From NCBI GenBank assembly GCA_012837385.1, contig DURH01000020.1:65972-129971 (forward strand): 64,000 nt of DNA, given 5' to 3'. Each line of letters begins with the position of its first letter. Within the stretch, counting starts at the first letter, position 1. Under the pieces are notes generated by a model that saw only the letters and a list, made by a program, of their open reading frames with translations, ran no database searches and had not been told where the DNA came from. The stretch is from Bacillota bacterium (lineage in GTDB: Bacteria; Bacillota; Limnochordia; Darwinibacteriales; Darwinibacteriaceae). Of this stretch, positions 1-9,065 are shown in pieces. A program made the translations under genes and the position numbers.

Positions 1-487
1 GGTAGACAGTCTGAAGATTGAAGGGCGCATGAAGAGCGCCTACTATGTGGCCACTGTTGTGCGGGCCTATCGGCAGGCCCTAGACCTGTACGCCCAGGAT
101 CCTGAAAATTACCAGCTCCCAATGGAGCTCCTGGAGGAGCTGGACAAGGTGAGCCACCGGCCCTATTGGTCTGGCTTCTTTGTTCCCACTGGTGCAGGGA
201 TTCACCGCCCAACAGGCTCCTATATCCGCAGCTATGATGTGGTGGGAGTTGTAGAGGGCTATGATGATCAGCGCGGTGAAGCGGTGGTCGGCGTGCGTAA
301 CCGCCTGCCTGTGGGCTCAGAGGTGGAAATCATGCAGCCCCGGGGTCCTATCACAACGGCAGTGGTGAGCCGCCTGACCCGAGTGGAACCAGAGGAGGAG
401 CTGGAAGAAGCTCACGCAAACTTCAAGGTACGCATACCCATGGAAAAGGTAAGACCCCTTTCCATGCTGAGGATGAAAGCAGAATAA
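1..487 (+). CDS. U32 family peptidase, C-terminal part; the 5' end lies upstream of the window
   Basis: The frame is open from position 2 and reads ...DSLKIEGRMKSAYYVATVV..., the conserved U32 collagenase-like motif region. The stop is at 485-487 and a terminator follows. Confidence 0.7.
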   Translation, partial: VDSLKIEGRMKSAYYVATVVRAYRQALDLYAQDPENYQLPMELLEELDKVSHRPYWSGFFVPTGAGIHRPTGSYIRSYDVVGVVEGYDDQRGEAVVGVRNRLPVGSEVEIMQPRGPITTAVVSRLTRVEPEEELEEAHANFKVRIPMEKVRPLSMLRMKAE

Positions 488-494
488 GCACTAA

Positions 495-532
495 GCCCGA
501 GAACCGATTCCCAATCAGTTCTGGGCTTTTTT
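495..532 (+). terminator. Intrinsic terminator after the U32 peptidase gene
   Basis: An imperfect GC-rich stem (gcccgagaac...gttctgggc) is followed by TTTTTT at 527-532. Confidence 0.6.
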
Positions 533-548
533 AAAGGGAAGTGGAGCT

Positions 549-1910
549 ATGACAGCCTGGAGAGTAGGAGCAGAACATCTAGTGGAGATAACCGGCCTCA
601 CCCATGAAGGATTTGGAGTGGGGAGGGTGAACGATCGGGTAGTGTTTGTACCCCAGGCCATCCCCGGCGATCAGGTGCTGCTTCGCCTTGTACATGTTAA
701 AGAACGTTTGTCCTATGGAGATCTTCTGCGAGTAGTGGAGCCTTCTCAAGATCGCCGTAAGCCCAGTTGTCCCCATGCGGAACTCTGCGGAGGCTGCCAG
801 CTGCAGCATATGGAGTATGGCGCGCAGCTGAGCTGGAAGCGGCAGCAGGTAGTGGATGCCCTGGCGCGCTTGGGCAAGCTCTCCGTGGAAGTCCTGCCTA
901 CCATAGGAATGCAGGAGCCATACCATTACCGGAACAAAGCCCAGCTTCCCCTGGGACGCCAGGGGGGAGAACTGGTGATGGGCTTTTTCCAAAAGGGCAG
1001 TCACCGTATTGTTGATCTGTCTACCTGTGAAATCCAGCATCCCCTGATCACCACTTTGGCTCTAGCGGTGAAAAAGGCTGTGCAGGAACTGGGCATAGAG
1101 CCATATGATGAGCAGCGCCATCGGGGCGTGCTGAGGCATGCGGTGATAAGGGCCAGTTTCTCTAAAGATGCGCTCATGTTGACCCTCGTGACCAGGACCC
1201 CTGAGCTGCCCCAGCAGGCTGAACTCATTGCTCGGCTTAGCAAGGAAGTGCCCAACTTGGTGAGTGTGGCCCACAACATCAACCCAGAAGTGACCAATGT
1301 CATCCTAGGGAAAGAGACTAGGATTGTCTGGGGCGCGGAGTACCTGGAGGATTCCATTGGCCATGTGAGCTATGCCATCTCCCCTGGTTCGTTCTTTCAG
1401 GTTAACCCAGCCCAAACCAGAGTTTTATATGATCTTGTGCGGCAGAACCTGCGGTTAACAGGAAGGGAAATGGTGCTGGATCTGTACTGCGGTGCAGGAA
1501 CTATTGGGCTTTACTTAGCCGCACAGGCGGGGAAGATTGTTGGCGTGGAGACGGTAGAGGCGGCTGTACAGGATGCACGGAGAAATGCCGACCTAAACGG
1601 AATTGCCAATGCAGATTTTTACCTTGGCAGGGCAGAAGAAGTGCTTCCCAGGCTGATCAAGGACTACAAGAAAGTGGATGCAGCGGTTGTGGATCCTCCC
1701 AGGAAGGGCTGTGACGTCGCTGTGCTGAACGCTTTGGCTGAGGCTGATGTTCCTGCCCTGGTTTATGTGTCCTGCAACCCGGCGACCCTGGCCAGGGATT
1801 TGAGCCATCTCGCCGGCCTGGGCTATGGGGTGGGCTCTGTGCAGCCGGTGGACATGTTCCCCTGGACCAGCCACGTTGAGAGCGTGACAATGATATCTAG
1901 GGTAAAATAG
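549..1910 (+). CDS. rlmD: 23S rRNA (uracil-C5)-methyltransferase RlmD/RumA (TRAM domain, 4Fe-4S cluster, SAM MTase)
   Basis: N-terminal TRAM-like domain; Cys cluster CPHAELCGGCQLQH; class I MTase motif VLDLYCGAGTIGL; C-terminal SCNPATLARD with conserved Cys; RBS GGGAAGTGGAG. Confidence 0.9.
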   Translation: MTAWRVGAEHLVEITGLTHEGFGVGRVNDRVVFVPQAIPGDQVLLRLVHVKERLSYGDLLRVVEPSQDRRKPSCPHAELCGGCQLQHMEYGAQLSWKRQQVVDALARLGKLSVEVLPTIGMQEPYHYRNKAQLPLGRQGGELVMGFFQKGSHRIVDLSTCEIQHPLITTLALAVKKAVQELGIEPYDEQRHRGVLRHAVIRASFSKDALMLTLVTRTPELPQQAELIARLSKEVPNLVSVAHNINPEVTNVILGKETRIVWGAEYLEDSIGHVSYAISPGSFFQVNPAQTRVLYDLVRQNLRLTGREMVLDLYCGAGTIGLYLAAQAGKIVGVETVEAAVQDARRNADLNGIANADFYLGRAEEVLPRLIKDYKKVDAAVVDPPRKGCDVAVLNALAEADVPALVYVSCNPATLARDLSHLAGLGYGVGSVQPVDMFPWTSHVESVTMISRVK

Positions 1911-1966
1911 CATGAAGTCCGAAAACCCTGATATAACAAGGTTTTTCACACATATAGATTTGAACT

Positions 1967-2001
1967 CCACAAAGCAAGAATTACATTTTTTCGCTTTGTG
2001 G
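1967..2001. repeat. Perfect 9-bp inverted repeat (ccacaaagc / gctttgtgg) with a 17-nt loop, at the GC-rich/AT-rich boundary
   Basis: Read directly from the sequence. It lies just 3' of rlmD, where base composition drops. Confidence 0.5.
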
Positions 2002-2152
2002 GAATAAGTTAAGAAATGCCGTATTAGATAGTCAAGTGGTCAGGTTAGATGTTCTCCGGAGGTTTTTGAGGTTGACAGAGCAGGTCGGATGCAAGTATTC
2101 AGGAAGAAATTCTGTGGATTCAGCGCTATAATCTACCAATGGGGGGAAGATT

Positions 2153-3247
2153 ATGGGATACCACAGTTGTATTCTACTTGGTATTATTACTCTTTTAGTT
2201 AGCTTTCTATCTGTATCTAACAGGCAAAAACTGATCAAAAATGTTATGTTAAAAAGAATGGTAAATGTACCCACTATAATTGCCATCGTGTTTATTGCAT
2301 TTGCGGTTGTGTTGTTTCCTGATCTGGGAAGTATAAAAACCACGGGTGAATATTCTTACACTCATAGCGTGCTGGAACTGACAGATACATCACGCTTGGA
2401 AGATTATAAAAGTGATGGCTGCTTTCGCAAATTATCAGTATTGGTCTATTACCCTGACTCGGATGGTATCGAAAATAACACCTGTCCTTTGATTGTTTTT
2501 TCCCACGGCGGCATTTCAACAAAAACAAGCAACCTTTCGCTCTACAAAGAACTTGCAAGCTACGGCTATGTGGTTGTTAGCATCGATCATACATATCATT
2601 CGCTCAGTACAGAAGTTGGGGGGAAGAAAATATACATAGATTCAGGGTATATGAAAGAATTAATCACAGAGGACTCCCATTCTGATATAGAAAATTCCTA
2701 TGCCCTTTTTCAGAAGTGGATGAAACTTCGCACCGAAGACATAAATTTCGTGCTTGATACCTTTATCCGGAACGCCGCAGAAGACGGCAATTCCTTTTAT
2801 GCATTGATAAATGTGAAAAATATCGGCGTTGCCGGGCATTCTCTCGGAGGTTCCGCCGCACTTGGGGTTGCAAGGCAGCGTGATGATATAAAAGCGGTGA
2901 TCGCTATGGAATCTCCCTATATGTGTGATATAACAGGGATAGACGGAAATGACTTTATATGGGATGCGAGACCGTATTCAAGTGCTGTTATGAACATCTA
3001 TAGTGACAGTGGTTACCCTTTGATTGAAACAGACAATAAGTATGTTCAAAACAAAAATATGTACCAGAATGAAAATGTAGAAAATTACTATATTAGGGGC
3101 AGCAATCATTATACACTGACTGATTTAGTTAGAACATCACCAATTTTATGTGCTATCCTTGGTGGTGGATATAAGAAATCCGGATATGATACTTTAGAGT
3201 TTATAAATCAAAAAAGCCTTGTCTTTTTTGATAAATACCTGAAATGA
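2153..3247 (+). CDS. Membrane-anchored alpha/beta hydrolase (lipase / PAF-acetylhydrolase / dienelactone-hydrolase-like)
   Basis: Two N-terminal TM helices; SHGGISTK oxyanion region; nucleophile elbow GVAGHSLGGSAA; AT-rich codon usage unlike the flanking genes; RBS GGGGGGAAG. Confidence 0.75.
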   Translation: MGYHSCILLGIITLLVSFLSVSNRQKLIKNVMLKRMVNVPTIIAIVFIAFAVVLFPDLGSIKTTGEYSYTHSVLELTDTSRLEDYKSDGCFRKLSVLVYYPDSDGIENNTCPLIVFSHGGISTKTSNLSLYKELASYGYVVVSIDHTYHSLSTEVGGKKIYIDSGYMKELITEDSHSDIENSYALFQKWMKLRTEDINFVLDTFIRNAAEDGNSFYALINVKNIGVAGHSLGGSAALGVARQRDDIKAVIAMESPYMCDITGIDGNDFIWDARPYSSAVMNIYSDSGYPLIETDNKYVQNKNMYQNENVENYYIRGSNHYTLTDLVRTSPILCAILGGGYKKSGYDTLEFINQKSLVFFDKYLK

Positions 3248-3472
3248 TCTATATGCGGTCGATTAGTATGGTGTTGTCAGTCACCATAATTGTCCAGATT
3301 TTGCTCAGGGTGTTTGACCGAGTAACCGGGTTGAACCCGTTTCAAGTAGAATCTTCCTCTAGTTCAATTAGGGGAGGAAAGGGAGAAGCGTTGCCTGGTG
3401 GTCAAGGGTGTAAGCCTAAGTTGACAGAATGGAAAACGGGTATTTTCCTAGGGTTGAGGAGAGGGCGATAAC

Positions 3473-4390
3473 GTGGGGAAAGTTGACAGGCTATATGCGA
3501 TAACCACATATTTGATGAACCATGGTAAAACTCCAGCACGCGAGCTTTCTCAAAAATTCGAAGTGTCAGTACGCACAATTCAACGTGATATAGACTCATT
3601 ATGTCAAGCGGGGATTCCCATAGTGGCAGAAACCGGAGCAAACGGAGGCTATTATCTGGAAGAGGATTTCCGCATGGATGCACATACGGTATCAAATGAA
3701 GATTACTCGTTTATCCTTACTTCCCTAAAGGGATTCTATTCTGCTATGAAAAGTCCGAGAATTATTTCAACCCTTGAAAAAGTTGCCTCGTTAACCAAAA
3801 ATCCAGATAACACAATTATCCTTGATTTTTCGGTGTTGCGCGAGGGTGATAATCAGCTTCTGCAAATACTCCAGGATGCTATACATACCAAGTGCCCTGT
3901 CCGCTTTGAGTATACAAATGCAGACAACATTACACGAATACATAACGTTGAACCGATAGCCGTCGTATACCGGTGGTATTCTTGGTACTTGCTTGCTTAT
4001 TCTGTTGTTAAGAACGATTATAGAACATATAAACTGATTAGAATGAGAAAGGCCAAGATAGTCGACGCTGCTTTTACGCTGGAGCATAGAAAGGCAGAAG
4101 AAATCTTACATGACATAGATAAACAGATGCCACGAAAGCTTACCGAAATAACTGTTTACGTCAAATCGGAGGCGCGTGCCAAGGCCGTTGAATATCTAAA
4201 CGGTACAATTACTCGTGAATATGACAATAACGACTGTGATATGGTACTGAATGTCATTGAAAATGAGCACCTATGGTTTGGAATGCTGTTATCGCTTGGT
4301 GATGGGATTGAGGTCAAGGCACCAGAGCATATCAGAAATCGGGTACTTGAGTCGGCGAAAAAAATGGTAGCGCTGTATCAAAAACTGTGA
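3473..4390 (+). CDS. WYL-domain transcriptional regulator (HTH_11 plus WYL, YafY-like); GTG start
   Basis: N-terminal HTH RLYAITTYLMNHGKTPARELSQKFEVSVRTIQRDIDSL; central WYL core YRWYSWYLLAYS; RBS GAGGAGAGGG; AT-rich. Confidence 0.8.
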   Translation: MGKVDRLYAITTYLMNHGKTPARELSQKFEVSVRTIQRDIDSLCQAGIPIVAETGANGGYYLEEDFRMDAHTVSNEDYSFILTSLKGFYSAMKSPRIISTLEKVASLTKNPDNTIILDFSVLREGDNQLLQILQDAIHTKCPVRFEYTNADNITRIHNVEPIAVVYRWYSWYLLAYSVVKNDYRTYKLIRMRKAKIVDAAFTLEHRKAEEILHDIDKQMPRKLTEITVYVKSEARAKAVEYLNGTITREYDNNDCDMVLNVIENEHLWFGMLLSLGDGIEVKAPEHIRNRVLESAKKMVALYQKL

Positions 4391-4457
4391 CATGACGTTG
4401 TCGTAGTTTCTCTGTTATGATTAACTCATAACAACAAAGAAACGGAGGCAACGAACG

Positions 4458-4823
4458 ATGGCTAGTATTAAAAGATACGATGTAAGCGAGGAAAACGCAT
4501 GGTCACAAATGGTAGAGGCGGGAGATTTTGTGTTTCTGAATTTCTGTGTAGGAAATGTTGGCCAATCTGTTGAAGCACAGGTACATGGTGCATTGGATGA
4601 TTTGGAAAATCGTCTAAAAGACATTGGCTTGACTTTAGAATCTGTGGTCAAGGTAGATGTTTTATTACGAGATGCATGGAATATACCTATCATGGAAAAG
4701 GTTTTTCAGGAACGTTTCGCTGGTACATATCCCGCGAGAAAGACGATCCAGACAGATTTTGCACATTTTGGTGGTCCAGATGGGCTTCATGCGCAACTTG
4801 ATGCAATTGCGTATAGGAGATAA
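4458..4823 (+). CDS. ridA: RidA/YjgF/L-PSP family reactive-intermediate deaminase
   Basis: About 120 aa with YjgF-like signature (...VKVDVLLRD...ARKTIQ...); GGAGG RBS. Confidence 0.8.
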   Translation: MASIKRYDVSEENAWSQMVEAGDFVFLNFCVGNVGQSVEAQVHGALDDLENRLKDIGLTLESVVKVDVLLRDAWNIPIMEKVFQERFAGTYPARKTIQTDFAHFGGPDGLHAQLDAIAYRR

Positions 4824-4892
4824 GCTGCAGATAACAACTACAGAGTGACTGTGTGAGCGTTGACCTGGAATTGGAGGGTGGAGTGGGTGGAT

Positions 4893-5636
4893 ATGAGATT
4901 TGACCCGAACAATGCCGTTATCCAACTGTGTATGAACGGGCTGAAATTGGAGGATAGCGGAAAGCCTGAAGAGGCAGCCGCGCTTTTTCATCAGGCATGG
5001 CGCGAAGCAGCTGACGACTATGAAAGGTTCATTGCGGCCTATCATTTGGCTCGGCAGCAGAAGAGTGTTACAGACAAGTTGCGCCTGCTGGAAACCTCTT
5101 TGCAGTGTGCACTAAAAGTGGATGATGACAATGTTAAAAGCGCCTACCCTACGCTGTATGCAAACATTGCCAGATGCTATGAGGAGTTACGGGATTTTGA
5201 CAATGCAAAAAGAAACTATGAGCTATCAAGTGTACATAAGGGTGCGCCGTCTGATCAAGGGCCGTTTTATCATGGAACAAAGGCAGATTTGCAGGTTGGT
5301 GATTTCTTGACAGCCGGTGGGAAGTCAAATTACGACCCCGAGCTTAGAATGAACCACATATATTTCACTGCCAATCTAAATGGCGCAAGACTTGCGGCGG
5401 CTCTGGCGAAAGGTGAAGGCAGGGAACGCGTTTATATAGTGGAGCCCACAGGTGAATTTGAGGACGACCCCAATGTTACTGACAAGAAGTTCCCGGGCAA
5501 CTTGACACGTTCCTATCGCTCGCGAGAACCCTTAAGAATTATTGGAGAAGAGACTGAGTGGGAGAAACTGACAGCTAAAGAGCGAGGTGAATGGCACAAA
5601 AAACTAGCTGAAAACAAGGGTGAAATCATCAACTGA
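4893..5636 (+). CDS. arr: Arr-type NAD+--rifampin ADP-ribosyltransferase domain fused to a roughly 100-aa N-terminal helical (TPR-like) extension
   Basis: The C-terminal 140 aa read GPFYHGTKADLQVGDFLTAG...HIYFTANLNGA...YIVEPTGEFEDDPNVTDKKFPGNLTRSYRSREPLRIIGE, collinear with the Arr signature. Start ATG 4893 has RBS GGAGGGTGGAGTGGGTGG. The N-terminal part has no Arr counterpart. Confidence 0.75.
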   Translation: MRFDPNNAVIQLCMNGLKLEDSGKPEEAAALFHQAWREAADDYERFIAAYHLARQQKSVTDKLRLLETSLQCALKVDDDNVKSAYPTLYANIARCYEELRDFDNAKRNYELSSVHKGAPSDQGPFYHGTKADLQVGDFLTAGGKSNYDPELRMNHIYFTANLNGARLAAALAKGEGRERVYIVEPTGEFEDDPNVTDKKFPGNLTRSYRSREPLRIIGEETEWEKLTAKERGEWHKKLAENKGEIIN

Positions 5637-5741
5637 GCATGAAGCTGAATCAGTGGACGGTACGATACGTGCCGAAGGTGTGCTACTGAGAAGCAGATAG
5701 CCGTTAACAGGGAAGAATCCGCCCATGGGGGATGACATAGC

Positions 5742-6848
5742 ATGCATACTGCAGCATATCTGATAGACATCGCAGCACTGTTTTATCTGATGGGACTCCT
5801 GCATTCAAACACCTCGTTGAATGCTGAGCGCCAGAAGCCCTTTCTTATCGCCGTAACGCTCACTATATCCGTAATCGTGTTGGAAGCGGCGACGATCGTG
5901 ACCAACAATTACAACCTCAATCTCCGTGGTTTTCACATTCTCTGTAATACCCTGGGCTTTGCCCTGGCCCCACTGATTCCCTTGGCCATAGCCCTCATTT
6001 TTGACCGTATGATTTTGGAGAAACACAGGATTATGCTGCTGCCCACGGTGTTAAACGCCGCGGCTGCAGCATTGTCTCCTGTGTTTGGATGGATCTTTAC
6101 GGTGGATGCAGCTAACAACTACACACGGGGTGATTTCTTCTTTGCTTTTGTCGCAGTGTACGCCACAAATCTCCTGTGTCTAATCATCGCCACCGTAGAA
6201 GTGGCAAAGAGGAAGAACTATCCCATCGTAAGTAAGATGGCGGGGCTGGGAGTTTTCACCTTCATTGGGACAAGCGTCCAGCTGCTTTTTCCTTCCTCTT
6301 ATACTTCCTGGCACTGCGTTACGCTGTCCCTCCTGCTTTATCTGCTCTTGATGTCGGAGTTTGACAGCAGCTTTGACACTCTAACCAATGTATACAACCG
6401 AGCAGCCTTTGATAAGCAGGTGAAACGCATCTCTGAAGCCAAGGGAAAGGACCATGCATTCTCCCTGATCATGCTTGATATCGATGATTTTAAGGCGGTC
6501 AACGACACCTACGGACATGATTGCGGAGACGATGTGATCAAGGCAGTGGCAGCTGTTGTGCGGGAATCCTTCGACAAGCGATACACCTGTTACCGAGTGG
6601 GCGGCGATGAGTTCTCCCTGATCGGCAGCGAGACAGATGCAGAGAAGATTGAGGAACAGCTTGCAAATCTGAAAAGCGGCCTGGCCAGGCTTAGGGAAGA
6701 GGGAGCCATCCTGCCAACAGTGTCCTGTGGATACAGCGTTTATATAGGCGGAGAAAAGCTGAATTTTCACAAGGTCCTGAAGGAGGCCGACGGCCAGATG
6801 TATCACAACAAGCTGAGGACCAAGGGACGGGAGAAGAGCACTCCCTAG
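5742..6848 (+). CDS. Membrane-sensor diguanylate cyclase (multi-TM N-terminus plus GGDEF)
   Basis: Five to six predicted TM helices, then a GGDEF domain with an intact RVGGDEFSL active-site motif. Confidence 0.85.
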   Translation: MHTAAYLIDIAALFYLMGLLHSNTSLNAERQKPFLIAVTLTISVIVLEAATIVTNNYNLNLRGFHILCNTLGFALAPLIPLAIALIFDRMILEKHRIMLLPTVLNAAAAALSPVFGWIFTVDAANNYTRGDFFFAFVAVYATNLLCLIIATVEVAKRKNYPIVSKMAGLGVFTFIGTSVQLLFPSSYTSWHCVTLSLLLYLLLMSEFDSSFDTLTNVYNRAAFDKQVKRISEAKGKDHAFSLIMLDIDDFKAVNDTYGHDCGDDVIKAVAAVVRESFDKRYTCYRVGGDEFSLIGSETDAEKIEEQLANLKSGLARLREEGAILPTVSCGYSVYIGGEKLNFHKVLKEADGQMYHNKLRTKGREKSTP

Positions 6849-6874
6849 CTTGGCCGGCTGGAGGGGAGGAAGCG

Positions 6875-7642
6875 GTGATGAAACAGTGGTACGAAAAGTT
6901 GTGGGAGAATTTCGGGAAGGGGTATGATCAGGAGCCCTTTACTCAGGGGACTATTGGCGAATGTGATTTCCTTGAAAAGGAGCTGAACTACGATAGATCC
7001 CTAGAGATCATCGATGTCGGCTGCGGAACGGGCAGGCATACCATCGAACTCACCAAACGAGGCTACTCCGTCACTGGGATCGATTTGTCTGAGGCTCAGC
7101 TGAGAAGGGCTAAGGAAAAGGCGAAGGAGCAGAATCTGCAGATTGAGTTCTTCCGGCATGATGCGCGGGACCTGCCCTTTGATCATCAGTTCGATGCAGC
7201 CATTATGCTCTGCGAAGGTGCCTTTCCCCTTATGGAAACGGATGAGATGAACTTCCAGATCTTAAGGAGCGTCACTAAGGCCCTTAAACGCGGTGGCAAG
7301 TTCATATTCACCACACTCAACGGCTTATATCCGTTGGTGCGGTTCAAAGCTCTCTATGGCAAACCCGGTGCCCAAGGAGAGGGAGAGGCAGCTGCCGGAG
7401 GCAGTTTCGATCTACTCACCATGCGGGAACGCTCCATCTTGGACTTCATCGATGACGATGGCCGCCAACAGCGCGTTGAGGTCGAGGAGAGATACTATCT
7501 ACCCAGTGAAATTACCTGGCTCTTGAAATCCTTGGGATACAGAAGAGTAGAAATCTTCGGGGTTACACTGGGAGCCTTCTCTAGAGATGAGCCTCTCACA
7601 CCGGATCACTTCGAAATGCTCGTAGTGGCTGAGAAGGAATAG
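6875..7642 (+). CDS. Class I SAM-dependent methyltransferase
   Basis: Motif I IIDVGCGTGRHTIEL; acidic residue after beta-2 (TGIDLS); RBS GGAGGGGAGGAAG. Confidence 0.8.
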   Translation: MMKQWYEKLWENFGKGYDQEPFTQGTIGECDFLEKELNYDRSLEIIDVGCGTGRHTIELTKRGYSVTGIDLSEAQLRRAKEKAKEQNLQIEFFRHDARDLPFDHQFDAAIMLCEGAFPLMETDEMNFQILRSVTKALKRGGKFIFTTLNGLYPLVRFKALYGKPGAQGEGEAAAGGSFDLLTMRERSILDFIDDDGRQQRVEVEERYYLPSEITWLLKSLGYRRVEIFGVTLGAFSRDEPLTPDHFEMLVVAEKE

Positions 7643-7645
7643 AAA

Positions 7646-7668
7646 GGGGGAAGCCCAGCGCTTCCCCC
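7646..7668. terminator. Bidirectional hairpin terminator between the convergent MTase and rsgA genes
   Basis: A 9-bp perfect stem gggggaagc/gcttccccc with a 5-nt loop lies between two convergent stop codons. Confidence 0.6.
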
Positions 7669-7675
7669 TCAGTAT

Positions 7676-8758
7676 CTAGTTCTTCTTGCCCTTGAACTGC
7701 TTTCTGTGCTGCTTCATTTCGTTTTTGCCGCCAAACATTCGGTTGAGCTTTTCCTGTTCACGCTGCCGGGAATTGAGCTCCGCATATGCTGCTTCCCGCT
7801 GCAGCTTCAGATAGCTTTGCAGACGCTCTGCCGAAAGTGTCCCGCTGTGGATAGCTTCCCGAACTGCGCAGCCTGGTTCTGAGCCGTGAGAACAGTCGCT
7901 GAAGCGGCACGATCCAGCAATTTCCTCAATGTCCTCAAAAGCCCTGGAAAGGTTGGCGGTGTAGATCTGCAGTTCCCGCATACCAGGGGTATCGATCACT
8001 ATGCCGCCGCTGGGCAGCTTCAACAGTTGGCGGTAGGTAGTGGTATGCCGTCCTCGACCATCATCTTCCCGGATTGCCCCAGTGGCAAGTACCTCTTGCC
8101 CCATAAGGCGATTGATGATGGTGGACTTGCCCACACCTGAGGAGCCCACAAAGGCGATGGTTCTACCAGCTTCAACATAGGAATTGATTTCCTCAAAACC
8201 CTGCCCATTTTCTGCAGAGCAGGTGATCACATCCACCCCAACGCTCACAGCGGAGATTTCTCTGAGCTTGTGCGGTAGATCAGAGCACAGGTCAGACTTG
8301 GTCAACACGATAATAGGAGCAGCCATGCTGTCCCAGGCGATGGTTAGGTAGCGTTCCAGGCGCCTGACGTTGAAGTCCTCATTGAGCGCCATGCAGATGA
8401 AAATGGTGTCAATATTGGCTGCGATAACTTGTTCCGAGTACTTCGTCCCCGCGGCTTTGCGCACTAGGGCGCTCTTCCGGCGCAGGATATGATGGATTAT
8501 AGCGCTGCCCGTTCTGTCATTGCAGCGGTCCACCATCACCCAGTCCCCAACAGCAGGGAAGCTAAGTTGGCTGTCAGCCTGATGCACCAGTTTCCCTGCC
8601 AATCTGGCCTCGAATCCTCCGCCCTCTCCGATTACCCGATATAGGTCACGGTGCTGTTCTGACACTCTGGCCAGAAACAGTCCATCGTACATGGCCGCCT
8701 CTTGGGTAAACCGTTCGCTCAAACCGTATTCTTTCAAGTTTATAGTCAATGCTGTCAA
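7676..8758 (-). CDS. rsgA: Ribosome small-subunit-dependent GTPase A (RsgA/YjeQ); the annotated TTG start at 8758 lacks a good RBS, and an alternative ATG at 8692 has an AAGAGG RBS
   Basis: OB-fold N-terminus; circularly permuted GTPase motifs (TKSDL, VGSSGVGKSTIINRL, DTPGMRE); C-terminal zinc knuckle CRFSDCSHGSEPGCAV. Confidence 0.85.
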   Translation of the reverse strand: MTALTINLKEYGLSERFTQEAAMYDGLFLARVSEQHRDLYRVIGEGGGFEARLAGKLVHQADSQLSFPAVGDWVMVDRCNDRTGSAIIHHILRRKSALVRKAAGTKYSEQVIAANIDTIFICMALNEDFNVRRLERYLTIAWDSMAAPIIVLTKSDLCSDLPHKLREISAVSVGVDVITCSAENGQGFEEINSYVEAGRTIAFVGSSGVGKSTIINRLMGQEVLATGAIREDDGRGRHTTTYRQLLKLPSGGIVIDTPGMRELQIYTANLSRAFEDIEEIAGSCRFSDCSHGSEPGCAVREAIHSGTLSAERLQSYLKLQREAAYAELNSRQREQEKLNRMFGGKNEMKQHRKQFKGKKN

Positions 8759-8800
8759 ATCCTTTCGCTAAGGTATGTGCTCCAAAGAACCTGCGAAAGC

Positions 8801-8858
8801 AAAAAGCGCAGTTGCCCACTGCGCTGTACACGAAAAAGCGGAAAAGAGACGCTCTTCC
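8801..8858 (-). promoter_or_regulatory. Two tandem terminator-like hairpins with T-tracts inside the rsgA 5' leader (putative attenuator, or the SPFH-RHH operon terminator)
   Basis: Minus strand: ggaagagcgtctcttttcc then gcttttt, and gcgcagtgggcaactgcgc then tttttgctttc. Both lie between a candidate promoter and the rsgA start. Confidence 0.4.
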
Positions 8859-8976
8859 GTCCTTCCTCAAGGCTCCTGGGCACACTTAACAAGCGGGTGA
8901 AAACCCACTTCTGTGACACACAACTAACGGCCTCAACGAAGGACAGACATCCGCACACCTCTTTCTTCTAGAAAGA

Positions 8977-9005
8977 AGTGTACCACTCAGCTGAGAAGCT
9001 GTCAA
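8977..9005 (-). promoter_or_regulatory. Candidate sigma-A promoter on the minus strand (TTGACA, 17 nt, TACACT)
   Basis: Perfect -35, 17-nt spacer, -10 matching 4 of 6. It sits about 220-290 nt upstream of rsgA. Confidence 0.4.
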
Positions 9006-9032
9006 AGGGGAAAAAGACGGCGCCATAATAGG

Positions 9033-9065
9033 ATCACCCTGCTTCTCCTGGAAAAGCAGGGTGAT
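9033..9065. terminator. Perfect 12-bp stem hairpin (atcaccctgctt / aagcagggtgat, 9-nt loop) immediately 3' of the RHH gene
   Basis: Read directly. There is no clean U-tract, so it may be a terminator or an operator. Confidence 0.4.

Noticed and set aside
3244-3471. 75-aa ORF between the hydrolase and the WYL regulator
   Set aside because: It has no convincing RBS and reads as a low-complexity SSSSS/GG-rich peptide. This is more likely the promoter and leader region of the WYL gene; a possible small peptide is not excluded.
8702-8971. Small ORFs (8702-8971 +, 8755-8958 -, 8646-8885 -) in the rsgA upstream region
   Set aside because: They overlap one another and the structured leader. They lack an RBS and have biased composition, so they are more likely non-coding leader sequence.
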